Shown here in pieces: positions 20,079 to 30,801 of a DNA stretch of 64,000 bases. Below the pieces are notes generated by a model. That model did not search any database and had not been told where the DNA came from. It worked only from the letters and a program-made list of their open reading frames with translations. The position numbers were made by a program, and so were the translations under genes. Positions within the stretch are counted from its first letter, which is position 1; every line of letters begins with the position of its first letter. The stretch is from Prochlorococcus marinus CUG1435 (GTDB lineage: Bacteria; Cyanobacteriota; Cyanobacteriia; PCC-6307; Cyanobiaceae). The DNA is taken from contig JAEPLP010000001.1 in assembly GCA_017644375.1 (NCBI GenBank), positions 905,421 through 969,420 of the forward strand. Reading direction: 5' to 3'.

Positions 20079-20861
20079 TTACATTCCATTAATGCAGTAA
20101 CCCGCATCAACATAAATTGTTTGGCCTGAAATGCCGCTAGAGAGATCACTTAATAAAAAAGCAGCAGTATTACCTACTTCTGTTTGAGTGACTGTTCTGC
20201 GTAAAGGAGCCTTTTCTTCAACATTGTGAATCATATCTAAAATGCCACCTATAGCAGAACTCGCAAGTGTTCTTATAGGTCCAGCACTTATTGCGTTAAC
20301 TCTGACTTGTTTTTCGGGACCAAGTTCTGCAGAAAGATATCTTACTGAAGCTTCTAAAGCTGCTTTAGCAACTCCCATCACGTTATAGTTAGGAATCGCC
20401 CTTTCTGAACCTAAATAAGTTAATGAGACAACTCCAGCACCATCACTAAAAAGTGGTTTTGCTGCTTTACATAAAGGTGCCAACGAATACGCACTTATAT
20501 TAAGAGCCCTATCAAAACCCTCTGAAGTGGTAGCACTATAATCTCCAATCAATTCATCGCGTCCTGCAAATGCTAGGCAGTGAACTAATCCGTCAATTTG
20601 TCCCCAATTGTCTTTTATATTTTTAAAGATTTCTTCAATTTGAGCTGGATTTTGAACATCAAGAGGCAAAAATAACGATGGGTTTAAAGGTTCAGTTAGT
20701 TCTCTAACTTTAGACTCGAATCTTCCCTTATCATCAGGCAAATATGTGATGCCAAGTTCTGCGCCAGCTTTTGAAAGTTGTTGAGCGATACCCCATGCTA
20801 TTGAACGATTGTTGGCAATCCCCGTAACAAGAATTTTTTTGCCAGTTAGATTTAGAAGCAT
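20079..20861 (-). CDS. fabI: Enoyl-[acyl-carrier-protein] reductase (NADH)
   Basis: 260 aa with GIANNRSIAWGIA, Y..M...K catalytic spacing (YNVMGVAKAALE), and SAGPIRT. Confidence 0.95.
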   Translation of the reverse strand: MLLNLTGKKILVTGIANNRSIAWGIAQQLSKAGAELGITYLPDDKGRFESKVRELTEPLNPSLFLPLDVQNPAQIEEIFKNIKDNWGQIDGLVHCLAFAGRDELIGDYSATTSEGFDRALNISAYSLAPLCKAAKPLFSDGAGVVSLTYLGSERAIPNYNVMGVAKAALEASVRYLSAELGPEKQVRVNAISAGPIRTLASSAIGGILDMIHNVEEKAPLRRTVTQTEVGNTAAFLLSDLSSGISGQTIYVDAGYCINGM

Positions 20862-20896
20862 TTTGTTTATTATTTCTATTATTCTCCTATATAAAA

Positions 20897-20910
20897 GTAC
20901 CTATCTTTAC
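20897..20910 (+). promoter_or_regulatory. Candidate NtcA-type box GTA-N8-TAC, with TAATTT (20932..20937) 21 nt downstream
   Basis: Read directly: GTAcctatcttTAC. It sits in the divergent fabI / thioredoxin-like gene intergenic region. Matches to the motif alone are expected by chance about 20 times in 64 kb of this composition. Confidence 0.3.
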
Positions 20911-20960
20911 GGATTACTGCAAAATATACAATAATTTTCAAATATCAAAGAATTTTTAGC

Positions 20961-21560
20961 TTGAACATGGTAAGAACAAATTCTATGGTTTTGGAATTAG
21001 GTTTTCAATTGCCGAATTTCGAAATGTTAAATGCCAATTCTTCAAAAAATGAATATTTTAATTCTCATAATCTAGATAATCGGCATTTACTTTTAATGTT
21101 TATTTGTGCCCATTGCCCATTTGTTAAATATATTGAGAATCAAATTTTCACCTTAAGTAAAGAAATTGAAAATACAGTTCAAACGATTGCAATTTCTAGT
21201 AATGATATTGTCACTCATCCTTCAGATTCTCCTAAAAATTTGAGATTACAAGCACAAACACAGGGATGGAGTTTTCCTTATCTATATGATGAAAATCAAA
21301 ATTTTGCTAAGAAATTAAAAGCGGCTTGCACCCCAGATTTTTATCTTTTTTCAAATAATGGAGATGGTGATTTTTTATTGTATTATCATGGCCAATTAGA
21401 CGATAGTAGACCAGGTAATAATATCCCTCTATCTGGAAAAGATTTGCGCTCTGCTGTAAAAGATTTGAATCAAGATAATTCTTATCCTTCAAATCAGATG
21501 CCTTCTTTAGGTTGCAATATAAAATGGACTCCTGGTAAAGAACCAAGTTGGTTTAAATGA
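20961..21560 (+). CDS. Thioredoxin-fold thiol-disulfide oxidoreductase (AhpC/TSA-like)
   Basis: 199 aa with a CAHCPF CxxC motif in a thioredoxin-fold context. The start is more likely ATG 20967 than TTG 20961. Confidence 0.7.
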   Translation: MNMVRTNSMVLELGFQLPNFEMLNANSSKNEYFNSHNLDNRHLLLMFICAHCPFVKYIENQIFTLSKEIENTVQTIAISSNDIVTHPSDSPKNLRLQAQTQGWSFPYLYDENQNFAKKLKAACTPDFYLFSNNGDGDFLLYYHGQLDDSRPGNNIPLSGKDLRSAVKDLNQDNSYPSNQMPSLGCNIKWTPGKEPSWFK

Positions 21561-21612
21561 ATTAAAAAGTTTTTTACCCATAGAAATATGGTTTAGGGTT
21601 AATATATTTACT

Positions 21613-22818
21613 ATGCAGATACCTCCATTTACTTTAAATAGGCAGTACCACGAAATTGGCTCAGAAATTGAGAGTGAGGTTTCTAAAGTTTTAAAGGGGG
21701 GGCAGTATATAGGAGGACAAGAAATTTCCAAATTTGAGGAGAGTTTTTCAAATCTGATTGGTGTTGAAAATACTATTGGATGTAATAGTGGAACTGATGC
21801 TTTAGTATTAGCTTTGCGCGCATTAGATATTGGTGTGGGTGATGAAGTTATTACCTCATCTTTTAGCTTTTTTGCAACTGCAGAGGCTATTAGTGTTGTT
21901 GGTGCTAATCCTGTTTTGGTAGATATAGATCCAGAAACTTATCTCATTAATACTGAACTAATAGAACAAGAAATAAATTCTAATACCAAGGCAATTATGC
22001 CAGTTCATTTATTTGGTAATGCAGTGAATATGACCTTAATAAAATCTTTGGCCAAGAAATATGACTTAAAAGTAATTGAAGATTGTGCTCAGGCAACATG
22101 CACAATGTGGGAAAATTCTAAAGTTGGTAGTATCGGTGATATAGGCTGTTTTAGCTTTTTTCCTACTAAAAATTTAGGAGCTGCTGGAGATGGTGGAGCA
22201 GTAACAACTTCAGATAAGAAGATTGCAAAAAAAATTAGAGAACTGGCTGTTCATGGCAGCCCAATAAGATATCATCATACCCAAATTGGATATAACAGCA
22301 GACTTGATACCATTCAAGCTGCCATATTAAACATTAAAATTAAATATATTTCTAAGTGGATTAATAATCGCCAAAAAATTGCTAATAATTACCTTGATTT
22401 ATTAGAAAAAAATCCATTTATTAGTTTTCCAAAAATTAGCTCTGATTCAATTTCCCATTCTTGGAATCAATTTGTCATCAAGTTAAGAAACGATAAATAT
22501 TTTTTAAATGAAGATTTTTCAAATTTATTTGATACTGACTGCAAAAAATACTATTCCTTAAGGAATTTGGTAAAACAACAACTTTTTGAAAAAGGTATTA
22601 ATTCAATTATTTATTATCCAATTCCAATACACGCACAAATAGCTTATAAAAATAAAAAATTTTCTAGAACAAAACTTATTAATACAGAGAGAATTTGTAC
22701 AGAAGTTCTTAGTCTTCCAATGTTTCCTGAAATTTCTTATGAAGAGCAAGTTTATATAGCAGAAAATTTAAATAAAGTTTTAAAGAATTGTATACAGGAA
22801 ATTCAAATTTCAGCATAA
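21613..22818 (+). CDS. DegT/DnrJ/EryC1/StrS-family PLP-dependent sugar aminotransferase
   Basis: Family motifs GGQEISKFEE, NSGTDAL and the FSFFPTKNLGA PLP-lysine loop. An insertion of about 30 aa is present near residue 300. Confidence 0.85.
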   Translation: MQIPPFTLNRQYHEIGSEIESEVSKVLKGGQYIGGQEISKFEESFSNLIGVENTIGCNSGTDALVLALRALDIGVGDEVITSSFSFFATAEAISVVGANPVLVDIDPETYLINTELIEQEINSNTKAIMPVHLFGNAVNMTLIKSLAKKYDLKVIEDCAQATCTMWENSKVGSIGDIGCFSFFPTKNLGAAGDGGAVTTSDKKIAKKIRELAVHGSPIRYHHTQIGYNSRLDTIQAAILNIKIKYISKWINNRQKIANNYLDLLEKNPFISFPKISSDSISHSWNQFVIKLRNDKYFLNEDFSNLFDTDCKKYYSLRNLVKQQLFEKGINSIIYYPIPIHAQIAYKNKKFSRTKLINTERICTEVLSLPMFPEISYEEQVYIAENLNKVLKNCIQEIQISA

Positions 22819-24236
22819 AGTGATTTAAATAATCTTTGTTGTATGTTGTGATTGACAATAGGGCTTGAATAATTATTTTTTTCTAAATTAGATATCTCCC
22901 CATTTAATAATTCTGAATTTGACACTTTAGATAATTCAGGAATCCAATATTTTATATATTCGCAAATCGGATCAAATTTTTTTGCTTGGGTATATGGATT
23001 AAAAATTCTAAGTGGTTTTGGATCCATACCGCTACTGGCGCTCCACTGCCATCCCCCATTATTTGCAGCTAAGTCTCCATCAACCAAAGTCTCCATAAAT
23101 TTTTTCTCGCCCATTTGCCAATTGCATATAAGATCTTTTACCAGAAATGAAGCGACTATCATCCTACATCTGTTATGCATCCAGCCAGTACTATTTAGTT
23201 GACGCATTGCAGCATCAACTATAGGTACTCCGGTCTCTCCCTTACTCCAATGCTGAAACCATTCATTATTGTTTTGCCATGGAAAGTGATCCCATTTTTT
23301 TCTATATGGACCTTTCTCTAGCTCTGGGAAATGGAATAAGCAATGTTGATAAAATTCACGCCAAACAAGTTCTTTTTGCCAAGTTTCAATTGATAGGTAA
23401 TTTCCTTGATTTGCAAAATCTGAATTTAAATTTAATGTGGCGTTCCAAATTTTTCTAATGCTGATGGTGCCGAATCTTAGAGATGCACTTAGAAAAGATG
23501 TCCCATTATGGGAAGGAAAATCTCGTGCAGAATTATAAGAATATATTTTATTTTCGTTAATGAATTTTTCTAATAATGTTTCTGCAGCATTCTCTCCAGG
23601 TCTACATGGACAAATATTCGAACCAGGAAATTTGATATTTTTGATAAATTTCTCTAAAACCGAATCAGATGAATTTATTGTCTTATCTTTGAGTTTATTA
23701 TCTATATCTTTAAACTGGAAACTAACTTTATCTTGTTCATATGAACCTAATAAATTCATTTTTGATTTAAGGTTTTTGTAAAAAGGTCCATAAACTGAAT
23801 AAGGATTATTATTCCCTGAAAATATTTTTAAAGGTTCTACTAATAAGTGATCCCAAGTTTCAATAACTTGAATATTTTGTTCCTTTAAAAATTTTTTTAT
23901 TTGTAAATCGCGATTAATCTCATAAGGTTCAATTGATCTATTCCAAAAAACAAATTTAGCATCTATTCTCTTTGCTAATTGAGGAATTATTAATACCGGA
24001 TCTCCTTCTTCCATAACTAATCTACTACCCATTTTTTTCCAATTATTTCCTAATTCTTGAAGCGAATTTCCTAGAAACCAAGCTCTTGCACTTGCATTGA
24101 AATCGTGTGAGTAATTTTTATCAAATATATAAGTTGAAGTAATAGCATTTGATAATGAAAATGCTTTGATTAAAGCTTGATTATCAAATATTCTTAAATC
24201 CTTTCTATGCCAAAAAAGTATTCTAGGATTATTCAT
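22803..24236 (-). CDS. phr: Deoxyribodipyrimidine photolyase (class I CPD type)
   Basis: 477 aa with ILFWHRKDLR, WREFY, TG.P.VDA.MRQL, and the GWMHNR...DGDLAANNGGWQW FAD-binding signature. Confidence 0.9.
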   Translation of the reverse strand: MNNPRILFWHRKDLRIFDNQALIKAFSLSNAITSTYIFDKNYSHDFNASARAWFLGNSLQELGNNWKKMGSRLVMEEGDPVLIIPQLAKRIDAKFVFWNRSIEPYEINRDLQIKKFLKEQNIQVIETWDHLLVEPLKIFSGNNNPYSVYGPFYKNLKSKMNLLGSYEQDKVSFQFKDIDNKLKDKTINSSDSVLEKFIKNIKFPGSNICPCRPGENAAETLLEKFINENKIYSYNSARDFPSHNGTSFLSASLRFGTISIRKIWNATLNLNSDFANQGNYLSIETWQKELVWREFYQHCLFHFPELEKGPYRKKWDHFPWQNNNEWFQHWSKGETGVPIVDAAMRQLNSTGWMHNRCRMIVASFLVKDLICNWQMGEKKFMETLVDGDLAANNGGWQWSASSGMDPKPLRIFNPYTQAKKFDPICEYIKYWIPELSKVSNSELLNGEISNLEKNNYSSPIVNHNIQQRLFKSLYAEI

Positions 24237-24796
24237 AATTTATCTAAAAATTGTTTAGCTCTAAACCAAGCCGTCACAGTTTTTGCGTCAAGAATTTCAT
24301 CCCCACTAGAAATAAGATTATCTAGTTCGTCTGGGTCTAAAATTAATACTTCTATATCTTCATCTAAATCTCCCTTTACCTCGGAATTGAGTTTGTTTAA
24401 TTCACGAGCTAAAAATAAATAAATTTCTTCATCTGCATAACCAGGAGCAGGGACAAGAGTTCCTATTTCATCCCATTTGTTTGCACTGAATCCAGTCTCT
24501 TCTTGTATTTCTCTTTGAATTGAATTAATAGGTGTTTCACCTATTTCTAATGTACCTGCTGGAAATTCTAGTAAATACCTTGAAACAGCAAATCTATATT
24601 GCCGAAGAATGATAACTTTATTGTCTTTTGTAATAGGTACGGCTAATGCTGCCCCAGGATGCTTAATGTATCCATATTCACCTTCATGACCATTTGGAAG
24701 CTCAATTCTATTTATTTCGAAACTAAATTTTTTTGACTTTAACTCAGATATCTTTTCTTTAAAAATGGATCTTCTTATAAGGTTTTTATTGCCCAT
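24233..24796 (-). CDS. NUDIX hydrolase (ADP-ribose pyrophosphatase-like)
   Basis: Nudix box GTLEIGETPINSIQREIQEETG. Its stop overlaps the photolyase start by 4 nt on the same strand. Confidence 0.85.
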   Translation of the reverse strand: MGNKNLIRRSIFKEKISELKSKKFSFEINRIELPNGHEGEYGYIKHPGAALAVPITKDNKVIILRQYRFAVSRYLLEFPAGTLEIGETPINSIQREIQEETGFSANKWDEIGTLVPAPGYADEEIYLFLARELNKLNSEVKGDLDEDIEVLILDPDELDNLISSGDEILDAKTVTAWFRAKQFLDKL

Positions 24797-24847
24797 AATT
24801 TTTAAATAAAAATACCCTAACAGTTATTTTTTGGTTTTGTAAATTAT

Positions 24848-25423
24848 TCATATAGACCATTTTGGGTCATCAAACTTTTTGATTTTTTGGGTTCTACTTA
24901 AGATTTCAGATAGTGGCGTAATAACGAAATTCCGATTCATGAATCTAGGGTGAGGTAATGTTATTTCCTCGTCAACGGTATGAAAATCTTCCCACCAAAG
25001 AATATCTAAATCGAGACATCTTGATAGCCATTTCTTACCCTTAGGCGTCTTTTCTCTTCCGAAAAATCTCTCTAACTCTTTTAGCTTTTTTAAAAGTAAT
25101 TTCGCCTTTTTATTTGATGGTTTTGGAAAACAATTACTTTTTATAAGCAATAGAGCATTTAAATAATTTGGCTGCCCATTCTCAACTCCATGAGGTAATG
25201 TCTCATAAATTGAAGACCAAAAAAAGTTTGCATGAAATTTTCTTTTCTCTTCTTTTTGTTTGTTGGAATTATCTCCCCATTCATATATTATTTCTTCTAT
25301 TTTTGGTTTGCACATTAATAGTGACTCAAGAGGGCTTCCGAATTTACTATCAATATTTGCTCCGAGGGATATACATAGTCCATTTTTGATATTAAGATTT
25401 GATAATTCCACTACAAAAAACAA
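24848..25423 (-). CDS. folK: 2-amino-4-hydroxy-6-hydroxymethyldihydropteridine pyrophosphokinase
   Basis: HPPK motifs: SLGAN, DLDIL, LPHPRF..R.FV..PL. Confidence 0.8.
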   Translation of the reverse strand: MFFVVELSNLNIKNGLCISLGANIDSKFGSPLESLLMCKPKIEEIIYEWGDNSNKQKEEKRKFHANFFWSSIYETLPHGVENGQPNYLNALLLIKSNCFPKPSNKKAKLLLKKLKELERFFGREKTPKGKKWLSRCLDLDILWWEDFHTVDEEITLPHPRFMNRNFVITPLSEILSRTQKIKKFDDPKWSI

Positions 25424-25459
25424 AGTTATTGGATAAATTCTATATCAGGCATTTTTAAA

Positions 25460-27643
25460 TTGATTTTGAACCCCGAGTTACAAGAAAAAGGAGAAATAAA
25501 AGATTTGATGAAGTCAAAGGATTCTTTTAGAGCTTTCCCTTTGGCGGCAATTACAGGTCATAGTTTATTGAAGTTATCTTTGCTTTTAGCAGCAGTTGAT
25601 CCAAGTTTAGGAGGAGTTATTATCGCTGGCGGAAGAGGTACTGGTAAGTCAGTATTAGCTAGGGGTTTGCATACTTTACTCCCTCCTATAGAAGTATTAG
25701 ATAATGAATTTATACTGGAAAAGCTAACTAAGAGAAATAGTAATACTTCATTGAGACCTATTGGTAGGAACCTGAATCCAGATAAACCAGAAGAATGGGA
25801 TATTAGTACTAATAAATTGTTGGAGGAGGTAATTGGAAGTGATTATTTGAATCAAATTGAGGAAATTCCAAAAAAAGTAAGAGAGGCTCCATTTATTCAA
25901 GTTCCCATTGGCATAACTGAAGACAGGCTTGTTGGATCAATTGACGTTGCTGCATCATTAAGTACTGGGGAACAAGTGTTTCAACCAGGAATTTTAGCAG
26001 AGGCTCATAGAGGTGTTCTTTATGTAGACGATATAAATTTATTGGATGATGGAATTGTAAATTTAATTCTTGAAGCCACAGGAAGAGAGAAAAATAATAT
26101 TGAAAGAGATGGTTTAAGCCTTTCTCATCCTTGTAAGTCACTTTTAATAGCAACTTATAATCCTGAAGAAGGTGCTCTTAGAGATCATGTTTTAGATCGT
26201 TTTGCCATCGTGCTTTCCGCTGATCAATCTATTGATAATGCGCAAAGAGTTGAGATTACAAAATCTGTTTTATCGCACGCAGAAAATAACATTAAATTTT
26301 CAGAAAAATGGTCTGAAGAATCTGATAATTTATCCACTCAATTAATTTTGGCAAGGCAATGGTTAAAGGATGTCAAGATAACTAAAGAGCAAATAACCTA
26401 TTTAGTGAATGAAGCTCTTAGAGGAGGAGTAGAAGGGCATAGGTCAGAATTATTTGCAGTAAAAGTAGCAAAGGCTAATGCAGCTCTTCGAGGCGATGAG
26501 AATGTAAATTCTGAAGACTTAAAAGTCGCAGTTAGGTTAGTTATTCTCCCACGAGCAATGCAAATTCCTCCAGAAGATGATGATATTCAACCCCCCCCTC
26601 CAGAGGACCAGAGTCCCCCACCGCCTCCTCAATCTAACGATGAAGAGTCTGAACCTGAGGCTAATGAAAATGATAATGAGCAAGACCAAGAAAAAGAAGA
26701 AGATAATTCTGATGGAGAAGAAGAATCTACTCCAGAAATACCTGAAGAATTCATATTAGATCCTGAAGCATGTATGGTTGATCCTGATTTATTGCTTTTT
26801 TCATCAGCTAAAGCAAAAGCAGGCAATAGCGGAAGTAGATCAGTAATATTCAGTGATAGTAGAGGAAGGTATGTGAAACCTATAATTCCAAGAGGTAAAG
26901 TTAAAAGAATTGCGGTTGATGCGACTTTGCGAGCTGCAGCTCCTTATCAAAAATCGAGAAGATTAAGGAACCCTAATAAATCAATAGTTATTGAAGAAAA
27001 TGATTTTAGAGCCAAGCTTCTTCAAAAAAAGGCAGGGGCTTTAGTTATTTTTCTTGTTGACGCTAGTGGTTCTATGGCTCTTAATAGAATGCAAAGTGCA
27101 AAAGGTGCTGTAATCAGACTTTTGACTGAGGCATATGAGAATAGAGATGAAGTTGCTCTTATTCCCTTTAGAGGTAATCAGGCAGAAGTGCTTTTGCCTC
27201 CTACGAGGTCTATAACCGCAGCAAAAAGAAGACTAGAAACTATGCCTTGCGGAGGTGGATCACCTTTAGCTCATGGATTAACACAATCAGCGAAAGTAGC
27301 AAAAAATGCTCTTTCTACTGGAGACATAGGTCAAGTTATCGTTGTTGGGATTACTGATGGAAGAGGGAATGTTCCATTAGGATTATCTTTAGGACAAAAT
27401 GAAGTTGAAGCAAAAGATAAAGGAAATGAAAATATCGATTTAAAACAAGAGGTTCTTGATATCGCAGCAAAATATCCAATGCTTGGGATAAAACTGTTGA
27501 TAATTGATACTGAGAGGAAATTTATTGCAAGCGGCTTTGGTAAAGAACTAGCAGAGGCAGCTAAAGGTAAATATGTACAACTACCAAAAGCTTCAGATAA
27601 AGCAATCGCATCAATTGCTTTAAACGCTATAAATGAATTCTAA
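25460..27643 (+). CDS. chlD: Magnesium chelatase subunit D
   Basis: 727 aa: an N-terminal AAA+ (ChlI-like) domain, an acidic Pro-rich linker, and a C-terminal vWA domain with MIDAS (VDASGSM). TTG 25460 or ATG 25508 could be the start. Confidence 0.95.
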   Translation: MILNPELQEKGEIKDLMKSKDSFRAFPLAAITGHSLLKLSLLLAAVDPSLGGVIIAGGRGTGKSVLARGLHTLLPPIEVLDNEFILEKLTKRNSNTSLRPIGRNLNPDKPEEWDISTNKLLEEVIGSDYLNQIEEIPKKVREAPFIQVPIGITEDRLVGSIDVAASLSTGEQVFQPGILAEAHRGVLYVDDINLLDDGIVNLILEATGREKNNIERDGLSLSHPCKSLLIATYNPEEGALRDHVLDRFAIVLSADQSIDNAQRVEITKSVLSHAENNIKFSEKWSEESDNLSTQLILARQWLKDVKITKEQITYLVNEALRGGVEGHRSELFAVKVAKANAALRGDENVNSEDLKVAVRLVILPRAMQIPPEDDDIQPPPPEDQSPPPPPQSNDEESEPEANENDNEQDQEKEEDNSDGEEESTPEIPEEFILDPEACMVDPDLLLFSSAKAKAGNSGSRSVIFSDSRGRYVKPIIPRGKVKRIAVDATLRAAAPYQKSRRLRNPNKSIVIEENDFRAKLLQKKAGALVIFLVDASGSMALNRMQSAKGAVIRLLTEAYENRDEVALIPFRGNQAEVLLPPTRSITAAKRRLETMPCGGGSPLAHGLTQSAKVAKNALSTGDIGQVIVVGITDGRGNVPLGLSLGQNEVEAKDKGNENIDLKQEVLDIAAKYPMLGIKLLIIDTERKFIASGFGKELAEAAKGKYVQLPKASDKAIASIALNAINEF

Positions 27644-27649
27644 TATTAC

Positions 27650-28495
27650 TCATGGATAAATTTCGTTAAAGAATTTTGAAAGTCCAATCACTAAATCTCT
27701 TATAGATTTAGTTAATTTTTTATCCTTAATTAATTTGTCAAAATCATTACTCACATAATCTATTTTGCTGGAGATAGATTTTGCAGCATTAATTGTCATT
27801 TTGAGATCATTAAGAGTTTCCTCGTCATCTATGGTAGATAAAATGTTGTTCAAATGATTAGAAGCAATTGTAATTTCTTTTATCAAAGGTTCAATTCTTA
27901 AGATTTCTTGTTTTGATAAATAAATTAATTCATCAAGATTTTCTTGTGTTTGATCAAATTTGTCGATTGATCTAACGATGTTCTCAATTAGGTTTTCTTG
28001 ATTTGATTCTTTTAGAAGTTGGCTTATTCTACTTGTTATATTTGAAAGGCTTGATAGTTGTTTCCCAGTGATAATATCTCCCTGACAAATAATTAATTTG
28101 GTATCACATTTTTGGGATATAGGCTTTTCTATGTTTTTAGGAATTATTTTTTCGCTAGTTTCTAAAGCTACTTGCACATCTCCTCCGAGGAAAGAATTCG
28201 TTACTACCCTTGCAAATGTTGGTCTAGTTAGAATAAGGTCAGGATTTTTCAAAACAATTTTTGCTTTAATTGATTCATTAGTAAATGAGATATCTTCCAC
28301 TGCTCCTACTAAAATTCCTCTGTAAGTAACTGGAGATCTTTTAGATAGGCCGCTTGCATTATTGAATTCTGCAAATATATGCCAATTTTTTGAAGATATC
28401 CTTACGCCTCTAAGCCAGAAAGAAAAAAATGTAAATACTAAAATTCCTCCCAACAAGGAAAATCCAACTATTGAATCTTGTAAGCTTCTACGCAT
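27650..28495 (-). CDS. MlaD/TGD2-like (MCE domain) substrate-binding component of an ABC lipid transporter
   Basis: 281 aa with an N-terminal TM anchor, an MCE domain (V.YRG..VG.V) and a long coiled-coil tail. It lies directly upstream of an MlaF-like ATPase. Confidence 0.7.
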   Translation of the reverse strand: MRRSLQDSIVGFSLLGGILVFTFFSFWLRGVRISSKNWHIFAEFNNASGLSKRSPVTYRGILVGAVEDISFTNESIKAKIVLKNPDLILTRPTFARVVTNSFLGGDVQVALETSEKIIPKNIEKPISQKCDTKLIICQGDIITGKQLSSLSNITSRISQLLKESNQENLIENIVRSIDKFDQTQENLDELIYLSKQEILRIEPLIKEITIASNHLNNILSTIDDEETLNDLKMTINAAKSISSKIDYVSNDFDKLIKDKKLTKSIRDLVIGLSKFFNEIYP

Positions 28496-28500
28496 AATTT

Positions 28501-29286
28501 CTAAATGTCTTTGGGTTGCATTGGACCATCAAGTTTCCCATGCCTAAATTGAAATACATAAGGATCATGACTTTCTTTGAATTCGTTAATAGAACCTGCC
28601 CATCTAAATTTACCTCCGTAAAGCATTAAAACTTTATCTGAAGTCCTTTCTATAGTACTCAGAACATGGCTAACCACAATAGATGATCCTTTGGCTTTAT
28701 CATTTGTTTTATTAATTAAATCTTCAATTCTTGATGAGGCAATAGGATCAAGACCAGCAGTCGGTTCATCAAAAAGTAATAAAGGTTTAGTCTTTTCCTC
28801 AATAGTTGGGTCTGTAATTAAAGCTCGAGCAAAACTTACTCTTTTTTGCATTCCTCCGCTTAATTCATTGGGAAGTTTATCCTCAATATTAAATAACCCT
28901 ACCTCAGCCAAGCATTCACTTACTTTTTCATTAATCAATTTTTTAGATAGTTTTTTATTTCTTTTAAGTTGAAAACCTACATTCTCTTCAATAGTTAAAG
29001 ATCCTAATAATGCTGGATTTTGAAAAACTAGTCTTACATCAGGAGGATTATTTTGATCAAGTCTTAGATATTTTTGTTTTTCACCAAATATTCTTAATTC
29101 TCCTTTGGTAGGTAAAATTAGGCCTGCTAGTATTTTTAAAATAGTTGATTTGCCTGAACCTGATGGACCAACAATAGCTAATTTCTCTCCTTCATTTAGT
29201 TCAAAATTTAGTTGATTAAGTACATTAATTTCCCCCCAACTTATCGAGAGGTTTTTTGTCAATACTGCATGCTTTGATTTTTTCAA
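28501..29286 (-). CDS. ABC transporter ATP-binding protein (MlaF/TGD3-like)
   Basis: Walker A GPSGSGKST, signature LSGGMQKR, Walker B LLLFDEPT. Confidence 0.85.
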   Translation of the reverse strand: MKKSKHAVLTKNLSISWGEINVLNQLNFELNEGEKLAIVGPSGSGKSTILKILAGLILPTKGELRIFGEKQKYLRLDQNNPPDVRLVFQNPALLGSLTIEENVGFQLKRNKKLSKKLINEKVSECLAEVGLFNIEDKLPNELSGGMQKRVSFARALITDPTIEEKTKPLLLFDEPTAGLDPIASSRIEDLINKTNDKAKGSSIVVSHVLSTIERTSDKVLMLYGGKFRWAGSINEFKESHDPYVFQFRHGKLDGPMQPKDI

Positions 29287-29418
29287 AACCTAAATTAAAA
29301 AAGTCATTTCATTTTACATATTGCCTTTTTTTATAAATAAAAAAAGCATGTATGAATTTGATTTATAATGATTATATGTAGTTTTTAAATTCGAGAAAAA
29401 TAATTTAAGAGGTTCTTA

Positions 29419-30801
29419 ATGAATAAGCGAAAAAAAATAATAAGAAGATACTATAAGGATTTTAAAAAATCTAATTTTGTTTTAAAGAAAATTTTAAGAA
29501 TCTTGAGTTGGCTTTTACCAGGATTGGTAATCAAAAGATGGATGATTACATCTGCAGTGGGATTCATTACTTCATTATTAGGCCTTGCAATTTGGGCAAA
29601 TTTAAGACCTCTTTATTGGCTTATTGAAGTATTTATATGGATAATAAAGAGCTTAACTAGTATCTTGCCTGTTTCACTATTGGGGCCATTAATTTTTGTT
29701 GTTGGACTTTTATTAATCGGGATTGGACAAAATAGAAGTATTAATGCTATTCAAAAAGCGCTAGTTCCAGAAAAAAGTACTTTTTTAGTTGATGCATTAA
29801 GAGTTAAGAGTAAATTAAATAGAGGCCCCAATATTGTCGCGATTGGCGGTGGTACTGGCTTATCTACTTTATTGAAGGGATTAAAAAACTACAGCAGCAA
29901 CATCACAGCAATTGTAACTGTCTCCGATGATGGAGGAAGTAGTGGAATTCTAAGAAAGCAATTAGGTGTCCAACCTCCTGGAGATATCAGAAATTGTTTG
30001 GCTGCTTTATCAAACGAAGAACCAATTTTAACTAGATTATTTCAATATAGATTTTCAGGAGGAAGTGGACTAGAAGGACATAGTTTTGGAAATCTCTTTT
30101 TGTCAGCTTTAACAACAATTACAGGTAGTTTAGAAAAAGCAGTACAAGCTTCTAGTAAGGTTTTAGCAGTACAGGGTCAGGTTTTACCTGCCACCAATGT
30201 TGATGTTATGTTATGGGCCGAATTAGAGGATGGTGAAAAAATTTTTGGCGAAAGCAAGATAAGCAAATCAAAAAAATTAATTTCTAGGATTGGTTACTTA
30301 CCAGAAAATCCCTCGGCACTTCCTAGTGCCCTTGAATCTATAAAAGAAGCTGATTTAATTGTTCTTGGCCCAGGCAGTCTATACACTTCTTTATTGCCAA
30401 ACTTGCTTGTACCAGAAATAGTTGATGCTTTATTGCAAAGTAATGCGCCGAAAATTTACATAAGTAATTTGATGACTCAGCCTGGAGAAACAGATGGACT
30501 TGACGTTTATCAACATATCAAATCAATAGAAAAACAACTATCAAATTTTGGAGTTAATGCTCGAATTTTTAACGCAATCTTATCTCAGATTAAATTTGAA
30601 AAGTCACCACTAGTAGAGTATTACGAAAGTAGGGGGGCCGAACCTGTTAAATGTAATAAAGAAAAATTATTATCTGAGGGTTATTATGTTTTGCAGGCAC
30701 CTCTATATTCAAGAAGAATAACTCCAACTCTTAGACATGATCCTAGAAGACTTGCAAGAGCAGTTATGTTTATCTATCGCAAATTAAAAAAATTAAATTG
30801 A
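29419..30801 (+). CDS. YvcK/CofD-family (gluconeogenesis-factor-like) protein with an N-terminal membrane extension
   Basis: 460 aa with a GGGTGLSTLLKGL motif, VTVSDDGGSSG and LGPGSLYTS, plus about 110 aa of N-terminal TM segments. Confidence 0.8.
   Translation: MNKRKKIIRRYYKDFKKSNFVLKKILRILSWLLPGLVIKRWMITSAVGFITSLLGLAIWANLRPLYWLIEVFIWIIKSLTSILPVSLLGPLIFVVGLLLIGIGQNRSINAIQKALVPEKSTFLVDALRVKSKLNRGPNIVAIGGGTGLSTLLKGLKNYSSNITAIVTVSDDGGSSGILRKQLGVQPPGDIRNCLAALSNEEPILTRLFQYRFSGGSGLEGHSFGNLFLSALTTITGSLEKAVQASSKVLAVQGQVLPATNVDVMLWAELEDGEKIFGESKISKSKKLISRIGYLPENPSALPSALESIKEADLIVLGPGSLYTSLLPNLLVPEIVDALLQSNAPKIYISNLMTQPGETDGLDVYQHIKSIEKQLSNFGVNARIFNAILSQIKFEKSPLVEYYESRGAEPVKCNKEKLLSEGYYVLQAPLYSRRITPTLRHDPRRLARAVMFIYRKLKKLN

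Noticed and set aside
26567-26752. Strikingly acidic, Pro-rich low-complexity stretch ([53 protein letters not shown])
   Set aside because: This is the known flexible linker between the AAA+ and vWA domains of Mg-chelatase subunit D. It is not an insertion, a repeat element or a separate gene.
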